Source: Okeania sp. (lineage in GTDB: Bacteria > Cyanobacteriota > Cyanobacteriia > Cyanobacteriales > Microcoleaceae). Taken from it: 16,318 nt of DNA. How positions within the stretch are numbered: position 1 is the stretch's first letter; every line of letters begins with the position of its first letter. Below are positions 6,912 through 14,146 of this stretch, piece after piece. The DNA is taken from contig NZ_JAYKGW010000145.1 of the NCBI RefSeq assembly GCF_035285525.1, positions 1 to 16,318 on the forward strand, read 5' to 3'. The notes under the pieces were generated by a model. The model made no database searches, was not told the origin of the DNA, and worked only from the letters and a program-made list of their open reading frames with translations. The position numbers were made by a program, and so were the translations under genes.

Positions 6912-7040
6912 CTAAGCAATAATATCTATTTTAAGTAAATTTTTAAATTCATAAAAACCTCTAATAATGACTTCTGGAAGATGAGGGAGATTACTGAGAC
7001 TAAATTCTTTATCACCTCCCTCGCAATAATTAACAATTAC
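6912..7040 (-). repeat. Third, truncated copy of the vapB 5' module (promoter region, inverted repeat, RBS and first ~8 codons only)
   Basis: TTTTAAATTCATAAAAACCTCTAATAATGACTTCTGGAAGATGAGGGAG...CCTCCCTCGCAATAA aligns by eye with 4580-4680. Inverted repeat: GAGGGAG (6983-6989) / CTCCCTC (7016-7022). Minus-strand translation: MNLKIYLK-stop. Confidence 0.7.
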
Positions 7041-7220
7041 CTGTTCTTAAAAACAATAAAAAAATAAGGGGATTGACAAAAAGGAAAAATTTTTATTTTC
7101 TCTTGGTCGATTTGATATGGTATTTTGGTAGGTTAGCGTAGCTTTCCATCAACAAAACGACTGCTTTTTTTTCTTAAAAGGAGAGACTTTAAACCTTATT
7201 GTTTAATTATTAATTATTAA

Positions 7221-7842
7221 TTATTTCCTAACCATTGACGGAACTCTCAAAGCAAAGTATTTTCACTTTTCTCTCTTCGTCTTGTGAGAAAATTTAAAAT
7301 AACTGATTTGGATAAAATTGGCAAAACATTTGATTGTTCTTGCTCCTGATAATTTCCATTTTCCAAACAATAGATAAATAATTTTTCTCTATCAAATCTC
7401 AATATTTCATTGAATTCAAAAGTCAAAATTAAAAAGTCAAAAGTAAGAATTTTCAAGTTAAAGGCTAATGCACAGTTTTAGATTAAACATTCCACTACAA
7501 ATTTACTTAAATTGAATTTTACTTCGTATTAATTCCTCATTGGTGATATAATAACATTGATCTGGTTCAATGCCTTTTTGTAAATCTTTTCGACTTAATG
7601 TTGTGGAACTAAGACTTGATACTTCTAATCCTAATATTTCTGTGGTTGTTTGTACGAGTCGTCCTAAAAATTCTTTATTAATTTCATGTTCTGGTAAGGG
7701 AGTCATAATTTCTAATTTGCCTTGATCGTAGGTAAGTTTTTTACTAGGATTTTCTGCTAAGTCTAACAATAAGGCTTGATAGGTTTCCCATCTAATTCCT
7801 ATTAATAGGGTTTTTTTCTGGTTTTAATAAAGTTTTAGTCAT
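7221..7842 (-). pseudogene. Uma2 (DUF820) family endonuclease gene, decayed by frameshifts and an internal deletion
   Basis: ATG 7842 gives MTKTLLKPEK, and an A7/T7 run (7811-7817) shifts the frame into TLLIGIRWETYQALLLDLAENPSKKLTYDQGKLEIMTPLPEHEINK...EPDQCYYITNE (7503-7811). The catalytic PD...E-x-K core region is missing. The C-terminal piece EILRFDREKLFIYCLENGNYQEQEQS (7247-7400) follows, then a further frame change before ALRVPSMVRK-stop at 7221. Confidence 0.7.
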
Positions 7843-7884
7843 AACAATTTTATAGTGATTCTAAATGGTTTATGACTGAAAGAT

Positions 7885-7906
7885 GTAGGTTTTGGTCTTC
7901 ACCCTA
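7885..7906. repeat. Dispersed hairpin repeat family, degenerate copy (GTAGGTTTTGGTCTTCACCCTA)
   Basis: It shares GGTTTTGGTCTTCA with the copies at 2001 and 13121. Confidence 0.4.
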
Positions 7907-8147
7907 GCATGAATAGGATTTTAAAACTAAACTCGTACAATAAAATTTTACAACTTATTTAAGATGGGTATAGTTATCAGTTAAATGTTAGGTACTGAGA
8001 TTGCTTGAGGGGAAAATTTAGGATACTATTAAAGTTAACTACTTTTGTTTCTCTATCACGATGAAAAAATATTAGAAGAGAGTAAATCTCTATTTTTTGC
8101 ATTATCAAAGGAGAACAAATTCATATATTTTAGATTAAAGGAAAGAA

Positions 8148-8537
8148 ATGAAAAAAATAGTTACAGTTTGCTTATTAATTTTTCTCTTGATTAATGTTAT
8201 GAAAATGCCGACTGCTTTAGGCGCAGAAATGATAGAAGGTGCGGAACTTTTTCAGGTTCATTGTGTGGGTTGTCATGCTAATGGAGGGAATATTGTGAGA
8301 TGGGGAAAAAATTTAAAAATTGAGACTTTGCAAAGAAATAATTTGGATTCTGTGGAGGCGATCGCTTATTTGGTTAGGTATGGGAAAAATAATATGTCTG
8401 CTTATCAAGATCGTTTGACTGAAATGGAGATAGAAGTTGTCTCTGCTTATGTTTTGGAGGAGGCAAAAAATAGTTGGCATTCTGAAGGAATGATGAGTAA
8501 GGTAAAAGGTTTTTGGGGTGATTTTTTTAATTATTAA
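8148..8537 (+). CDS. Cytochrome c6-like monohaem c-type cytochrome (c6B/c6C-like) with signal peptide and a ~22-aa C-terminal tail
   Basis: Signal peptide MKKIVTVCLLIFLLINVMKMPTALGA, haem site CVGCHANGGN, and GKNNMSAY with Met as the likely sixth ligand. AAGGAAAG RBS. The tail NSWHSEGMMSKVKGFWGDFFNY extends beyond the usual c6 fold. Confidence 0.85.
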   Translation: MKKIVTVCLLIFLLINVMKMPTALGAEMIEGAELFQVHCVGCHANGGNIVRWGKNLKIETLQRNNLDSVEAIAYLVRYGKNNMSAYQDRLTEMEIEVVSAYVLEEAKNSWHSEGMMSKVKGFWGDFFNY

Positions 8538-9101
8538 TTATTAATAATGAAAGAGTTTTTTACATCTCTAGTTTTCTATTTAATATCAAGTCTTATTAAT
8601 TAGTTATAATAAAAACGTTGTTCATTTTATTCTGCTTCCTATTTCCTAATTTTTTTATTATGGTTATTTAGATTTGGAGAGATATGATATAACTTTTTAA
8701 TTATCCATTGTCTATTATGAATTTATGACTTTTCGTAGGAGAAATAATTAGAATCTAGTATCGCAATATGTGCAAGAAGGAATACATAACGCTAAAGACA
8801 ATAAACTTAAGGAGTTAGATTTAAGTTATCATTTTTCTAGCATAGGTGATGAAAAATTAACTACAAAAGAAAGACAGTAATTCCAGTTTCATTCTCAACA
8901 AGTTTTAAGGGTTTTCAAAAGATATTAGAAGCTTAGATAAAAACTAGATATGTCTATTTAGGTAGGGTTGCCAGAAACAGTCTTTTTGTTAAGAATCTTT
9001 ATTGAATAAAAAGTCATGTATATAGACGAATATATCCAGATGTTTTTTATTGTATCACAAAAATTGTAGGGATGCAAGCAAAAATTCTTTGATGCGAGAT
9101 T

Positions 9102-9239
9102 ATTTTCATTGTGTGAAGCTCCTGGGGTGGTGGCGGAAGTCTTTGCCTTTTTATTTCTGTCTATCCAAGAGTGATTTTCATTGTGTGAAGCTCCTGGGGT
9201 GGTGGCGGAAGTCTTTGCCTTTTTATTTCTGTCTATCCA
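9102..9239. repeat. Perfect tandem duplication, 2 x 66 bp (9102-9167 and 9174-9239) separated by AGAGTG
   Basis: Both copies read ATTTTCATTGTGTGAAGCTCCTGGGGTGGTGGCGGAAGTCTTTGCCTTTTTATTTCTGTCTATCCA with no mismatch; period 72. Confidence 0.95.
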
Positions 9240-9426
9240 GCAAAAAAATTAAGGGAAAATTTTTCTGAGTACCTCCTCTATAACTCCCTCTAACTCTTGA
9301 CTATTAACTACTCCTTGCTCCCTACCTTCCCAAAAAGACTTTTTCAGCAAACTCTAACTAATAAACTTCAAGACCAAAACTATCAACTACCAGCTTACTT
9401 CATCCTTTTTCCTTCTTCGTTCTTCC

Positions 9427-10575
9427 TTAAATCAAACTACTCAACTTAGGATTTCTTTCTCTAACAACTTCAGCATAAAGCATTTCCAATTGAGTAATAT
9501 TTCGACTTAGAGTATAACGCTCCAAAACTTTTTGCCGAGCTTTGTGCCCTAAAAGAAGACTAAACTCAGGATGGTCTCTAAACACAGGTAATAAAGTTTG
9601 TAATTGGCTAGTAACATTATGAGTATTTAAAATTATACCAGCTCCCTTTTCCAACACCTCACCATCAGCACCTGCATCTGTAGCTACACAAGCTAAACCA
9701 CAAGACATTGCTTCCAATAAAGCCAAAGATAAACCTTCTACTAAAGAAGGTAAAATAAATACATCGGCACCACGCAAAATTTCTATCCGTCGCTGCTCAT
9801 CACTTACATAACCAAACCAACTAACTCCCTGAACATCGCTATAAAACATTTGGAGAGAGGGAGCTAAAGGTCCATCTCCCACAATGGCTAAACAATTATC
9901 ATTAGTCATATCGGAATGTTTCCAAGCTTTGAGCAGAGATTCAACATTTTTCTCTGTGGATATACGACCTAAATATAGAAAGACACGACTAGCGTTTAAC
10001 TCAGTTTTCAGACTAGAGACTCCAGGAGAATATTTATCTACATCTACCCCATTGGGAATAACTGCTACTTTTTTGCCCGGAACTCCCAATTTCATTAATA
10101 AATCTTTCTGTATTTCTGAAAAAATAATTACTCGGTCATAATTTGCTAAAAAAGGAGCATAAAATTGATAGGCTAAAAATTGGGTCCCAGATTTAATGTT
10201 CCGTGGTTTACTGTCAAACTGGGCATGAAAAGTTGCTACTAAGGGAATATTTAATTCTTCACAAATTTCCGGCAGTAAAAAATCTAAGGGAGAGAGGGTG
10301 AGGGATGCGTGAACAATATCTGGCTTAAGTTTCTGTAGAGCCTGACTTAAGACTTTACTAGATTTAAGACTAGGTATGGTGTAGCCCTGAGATTTATAGA
10401 TACAAGGTAGAGATACTTCGTGAAACCTTGACCATTTTTCAAGTTTGGTATCTTCAGTTGCAAAATGAAGGAAGCTAACCTGATAACCTCTATCTAATAG
10501 AGTGTTGGTTATTTCTCTAGAGTAGGTGACGTTGCCACAAAAAGGATATTTTTTTCCAAGCCAAGCAATATGCAT
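9427..10575 (-). CDS. Glycosyltransferase, GT-B fold, family 4 (group 1) type
   Basis: 382 aa. The C-terminal domain has the E-x7-E motif EGLSLALLEAMSCGLACVATDAGADGEVL. LYLGRISTEKNVESLLKAW is typical of the donor-binding half. Confidence 0.85.
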   Translation of the reverse strand: MHIAWLGKKYPFCGNVTYSREITNTLLDRGYQVSFLHFATEDTKLEKWSRFHEVSLPCIYKSQGYTIPSLKSSKVLSQALQKLKPDIVHASLTLSPLDFLLPEICEELNIPLVATFHAQFDSKPRNIKSGTQFLAYQFYAPFLANYDRVIIFSEIQKDLLMKLGVPGKKVAVIPNGVDVDKYSPGVSSLKTELNASRVFLYLGRISTEKNVESLLKAWKHSDMTNDNCLAIVGDGPLAPSLQMFYSDVQGVSWFGYVSDEQRRIEILRGADVFILPSLVEGLSLALLEAMSCGLACVATDAGADGEVLEKGAGIILNTHNVTSQLQTLLPVFRDHPEFSLLLGHKARQKVLERYTLSRNITQLEMLYAEVVRERNPKLSSLI

Positions 10576-10714
10576 TCAGATGAACGGGCGGATATTGTGA
10601 TTGAGGGATTTTATCATAAACAGACAAAAAATTTCTCAGTTTGTAAATAATACCATCTGCTATATCAAAAACTTATATATGTATGGTTATTTGCCAGAAG
10701 TCATAATTAAGAAG

Positions 10715-10752
10715 TCAGAAGTTAGGAAAGAATAGAACTTCTGATTTTTTTT
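10715..10752 (+). terminator. Orphan intrinsic-terminator-like hairpin: TCAGAAGTT (10715-10723) / AACTTCTGA (10736-10744) plus T8
   Basis: 9-bp perfect stem, 12-nt loop, T8 at 10745-10752. There is no + strand gene upstream, since the neighbouring GT gene is divergent. Confidence 0.5.
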
Positions 10753-10762
10753 GGTTACGGCA

Positions 10763-10797
10763 GGGAGTAGGGAGTAGGGAGTAGGGAGTAGGAAGTC
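10763..10797 (+). repeat. Heptamer tandem repeat GGGAGTA x4 plus GGAAGTC (STRR-like), followed by the small hairpin CTTCCC-AGGAG-GGGAAG (10813-10829)
   Basis: Read directly. Confidence 0.9.
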
Positions 10798-11429
10798 AAC
10801 CCACCCCTAACCCTTCCCAGGAGGGGAAGTCAAGAGGAGTCAAGAGTTTTAGAGGACTTGTAAAAATTATCCCTTGCCAACTATGCCTAAGTCTTACCCA
10901 AATACTTACTTTTTCACTTTTATAAGGTAAAAATCTGCTACTTTTACGGTTACTGATAAATCACTACTTAAAAAGCCTGATCTGTGAAAGCTTTTAGATT
11001 TGTTCAGCAAGCCTTATTTAATCAACAAGCCCTATTTATTATTTTAGCGATCGCCTGTCTGAAAAGTTTTAGTTATCAATTTTAACTTATAGTTTTAATT
11101 TTTTCAATTTTGTCATCAATCTCTAACAAAAAATGGCAAAATTTTCTGGATATAGCTAACAGAATTTCAATAGTTTCAGCTTTTTCATGGTAATATAGGC
11201 AAATTATAATCTAAGGCTTTTTATTGCCTAGTAAGATTTTACAGCCTGAAATACTTATGATTTGGTTGTTTACACTGGCGATCGCCTGATTTAGATTTGA
11301 GGATGACGATCTAATTTTTCTCGATGACTTATATACTGGTTTGACGTATTTGCAACTTTGTGGTATCTATTCAATTCTTTAAATATTTATAGGGATTTTC
11401 ACTAACCTTGACTACAAAACTTTTTCCCT

Positions 11430-11457
11430 CTGCTTTCTGCCTTTTGCCTTCTGCCTT
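11430..11457 (+). repeat. Heptamer tandem repeat CTGCYTT x4
   Basis: CTGCTTT CTGCCTT TTGCCTT CTGCCTT, read directly, about 120 nt upstream of the serine hydrolase start. Confidence 0.85.
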
Positions 11458-11576
11458 TATTTTTCCAATTCGAGCATAGTGTATTTGTATATTAGACTGA
11501 TAAATTGATATTGTTCAGAATTAAAGATTATCTTGTTGGTCAACATCAAATTCTTTATTTGTGTGAGGCAAATTCT

Positions 11577-12881
11577 ATGTATCGAATATTAAAAATTAAA
11601 CAAATTCTGACTGGTACTTTAACAATCATGGCCAGTATTACTTTCATTTCAATTGGAAGTATACAGATTTCTTCGGCAGCAGAATCTTATAGTCAATCTT
11701 TGCAAGAACTTTATGAAATGCGCGATCGCGTGGTTAATGAGTTAGAATCTTTGCCTACTCCTCGCAAAAGATTATTCTTTTCTGAGGAATATCAAACAAC
11801 ATTTGAAAAACAACAAAAGTTAGTTGAAAGGTTGCAAGAAATTGAACTTCAAATATTAATAGAAGAGCGAGCGAATGATAATTGGAAACAAGCAATAAAT
11901 CTGGGAAACCAAGCTGCTGAAGTTGGAGTATCTCCAAATCCAACTGTTAAAACTAGAGAAACTCAAAAATATCTTTGGCAACAAGCTATTTCTAATTTAG
12001 AGGAAATTCCGGCTGATTCATTTTTGGGAGAAAGAACTAATAGAAAACTTGAAGAATATAAACTTAATCTTGATAGTTCGTCTTATCATTTAAACTTAAC
12101 TAAATCTAATTTTTTGGATAAAATTCGTAAAGAAAGTGGTTTATCAAGTAGAGCTGCAATTACTATCTGTAATTTACGGAGAGAATGTCAGGACTTAAAT
12201 GGGGATAAACCTCCTGCAAGTCCAGCAAGTTTAATTAAAGTTCCTGTTGCTGTGGCATTGATGGAAAAGGTATATGAAGAAAATATTAGTTTAGATACTC
12301 CTGTTTTTGTGAGTAGGGGAAATTTTACTGAAGATGGGTCAGAAATCCGAGCTAGTGAGTATTATCCTTTGAAAACTTTGGTCGATCAAATGATTGACCG
12401 TAGTAGTAATATTGCTACAAATCAATTAATTGATTATTTGGGACAACCTTATATTAATAAGGTTCTTAAGGATGATGGTTATAGAGTTATTCGGGTAAAT
12501 TATAAATTAATGGGCAACCGCATTAAGCCCAAAAATCCTGGTAAAGGTCGTAATACTCTAACTAGCAATGAGCTGACAGATATGATGGTGTCTATATATA
12601 ATTATGAGTATCCAAATTCTGATGTATTGATAGAAGCATTGGCTAGTCAGAAGGATTTGTTATTAGGATATGCTGGTTTAGAAGATTTGCCGGAAGTTGA
12701 ATGGTTGGGTGAAAAGACTGGAGAAAATTCTCGCGCTCTGGGTACTACTTTAGGGTTTAGTATTGATGATGAAGTTTATGTGATGACTGTGGTTGATAGT
12801 TTTGGTGGACGAGACCCCCAGATTCGTGCTTGTGTGAATAAGTTGGCACAATATTTGATTGATAATAATGGTTTGTTTTAA
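11577..12881 (+). CDS. Class A beta-lactamase-related serine hydrolase with N-terminal signal/anchor and a ~190-aa helical extension
   Basis: S-x-x-K motif in PASLIKVPVAVALM, an SDN-equivalent in DRSSNIATNQLI, and a KTG motif in GEKTGENS. ATG 11577 is preferred over TTG 11505 because GAGG lies about 9 nt upstream and a hydrophobic segment LTGTLTIMASITFISIG follows. Confidence 0.75.
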   Translation: MYRILKIKQILTGTLTIMASITFISIGSIQISSAAESYSQSLQELYEMRDRVVNELESLPTPRKRLFFSEEYQTTFEKQQKLVERLQEIELQILIEERANDNWKQAINLGNQAAEVGVSPNPTVKTRETQKYLWQQAISNLEEIPADSFLGERTNRKLEEYKLNLDSSSYHLNLTKSNFLDKIRKESGLSSRAAITICNLRRECQDLNGDKPPASPASLIKVPVAVALMEKVYEENISLDTPVFVSRGNFTEDGSEIRASEYYPLKTLVDQMIDRSSNIATNQLIDYLGQPYINKVLKDDGYRVIRVNYKLMGNRIKPKNPGKGRNTLTSNELTDMMVSIYNYEYPNSDVLIEALASQKDLLLGYAGLEDLPEVEWLGEKTGENSRALGTTLGFSIDDEVYVMTVVDSFGGRDPQIRACVNKLAQYLIDNNGLF

Positions 12882-12885
12882 TTAA

Positions 12886-12906
12886 GGGAGTAGGGGGTAG
12901 GGAGTA
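12886..12906 (+). repeat. Heptamer repeat GGGAGTA GGGGGTA GGGAGTA directly after the hydrolase stop codon
   Basis: Read directly; same family as 10763-10797. Confidence 0.85.
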
Positions 12907-13120
12907 GTTAAGAGTTAGGAAGAATGGTCTCTTAATTTTTCTGTTTTAGTGAGCCTTCTGATGCTAATTTGTTTGAATCTTGTTTTACCTAGAAGCTGAC
13001 ACTTTTTCCAAAGCTAAAAAGATTGCAACTTTTATTTTTAAAAGCTTTGATGTTTAATCAGTAAACCCTGCTTAGTTTTTTTTCGTATAGCAAGCCCTAA
13101 ATAGATTGTAAATTTTTCTG

Positions 13121-13157
13121 GTAGGGGTTTGGTCTTCAAACCTCTACAGTTTTTTTT
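13121..13157 (+). terminator. Hairpin of the GTAGGGGTTTGG family plus T8; possible terminator for the serine hydrolase gene
   Basis: GTAGGGGTTTGGTCTTCAAACCTCTAC forms an 11-12-bp stem with one or two G-U pairs. It is followed by AG and T8 (13150-13157), about 240 nt after the stop at 12881. Confidence 0.5.
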
Positions 13158-13255
13158 ACAAATCATTTGTTATGACTATACCTACTTATTTAACAGTGCA
13201 TTTTTATAAAGTAAACCGATAGATTTATAAGTTAAATTATTAAGAATATATCAAT

Positions 13256-13903
13256 ATGTTTGTTAAAGAAAAAGAAGCTATTAATATCCTAGAAAAAGAG
13301 GATATTAAGTTGATTAATTTAGAGGAATTTTGGGAGTGGTATCCTGATGGTTATGGTAGATTTGAATTACATAATGGAGAAATTTTTGCAGTGCAACCTA
13401 CTGGAACTAACGAACAAGTAGCTGGTTTTCTAGCTTTGGAAATAGGTGTGGAAATTAAACGTCTAAATTTGCCTTTTTTTATCCCTCGACAAGGATTAAT
13501 TAAAGCTATAGATTCGGATAAATCTGCTTATATTCCTGATGTAATGGTATTAGATTCTAATGCTATGGAAAATGAACTAATGTGGAAGAAGCGATCGACT
13601 ATTACTGAAGGTACAAGTATTAAATTAGTAATAGAAGTAGTAAGTACAAATTGGCAAGATGATTATTTAACAAAGTTGGCAGAATATGAAAAATTAGGGA
13701 TATGTGAGTATTGGATAGTTGATTATTTAGGGTTAGGAGGAAGGCGTTATATTGGAGATCCAAAACAACCAACAATTTCAGTTTATCATTTAGTTCAGGG
13801 TGAATATGCGCTAAATTTATTTAGAGGTCAAAATGTAGTTAATTCTCCTACTTTTCCAGAACTCAATTTGACCGCAGAACAAATATTTCAAATCGGGCAA
13901 TAA
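13256..13903 (+). CDS. Uma2 (DUF820) family endonuclease, apparently intact
   Basis: 215 aa. Motifs: FELHNGEI, YIPDVMVL, IKLVIEVVSTNWQDDYLTKLAEYEKLGICEYWIVD (PD-(D/E)xK-like core). No SD is visible, so the start is uncertain. Confidence 0.8.
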   Translation: MFVKEKEAINILEKEDIKLINLEEFWEWYPDGYGRFELHNGEIFAVQPTGTNEQVAGFLALEIGVEIKRLNLPFFIPRQGLIKAIDSDKSAYIPDVMVLDSNAMENELMWKKRSTITEGTSIKLVIEVVSTNWQDDYLTKLAEYEKLGICEYWIVDYLGLGGRRYIGDPKQPTISVYHLVQGEYALNLFRGQNVVNSPTFPELNLTAEQIFQIGQ

Positions 13904-13944
13904 TTTCAGTTATCAGTTATTAGTATTTGAGCCTATTTTCTGCA

Positions 13945-14120
13945 TTATTTTAGATTGGAACTAAAAAAAAATCCAAAACCTGAACAATAAAATCTACATC
14001 TGCTTTTATAATACAAAGTGGTGGTTTAATCCGTAAAATATGACGATATAAACCGCCTTTACCAATAAATAATTAATCCTAAATCTTTAGATGCTTCGTG
14101 AATTTGGGATGCAAGTTCAG
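13945..14120 (-). pseudogene. Remnant of the 3' end of an AGXT2-like aminotransferase paralogue
   Basis: The segment aligns by eye with 15007-15185 at high identity. It would encode TELASQIHEASKDLGLII...GGLYRHILRIKPPLCIIKADVDFIVQVLDF. A 4-nt insertion (ACCAATAAATAATTAATCC versus ACCAATAATTAATCC) breaks the frame. Confidence 0.8.
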
Positions 14121-14146
14121 TAGTGTTTTCACCAAAAGTGTTAAGT

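Noticed and set aside
4580-7040. Integron-like gene cassettes with attC sites
   Set aside because: No integrase gene is present and I could find no GTTRRRY core sites. The repeated module is clearly derived from the vapB gene and promoter. Only the looser cassette-like description is kept as a finding.
8749-8879. Short open frame (…QYVQEGIHNAKDNKLKELDLSYHFSSIGDEKLTTKERQ) in the spacer after the cytochrome gene
   Set aside because: It has no ATG with an RBS and no recognisable family. It could be a gene relic, but I cannot support that.
9102-9239. CRISPR array
   Set aside because: There are only two units separated by a 6-bp spacer and no cas genes. The heptamer arrays elsewhere have no spacers at all.
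9050-9268. 72-aa ORF spanning the 66-bp tandem duplication
   Set aside because: The protein is simply the repeat translated twice (FHCVKLLGWWRKSLPFYFCLS x2) and starts with no RBS. It is treated as non-coding.
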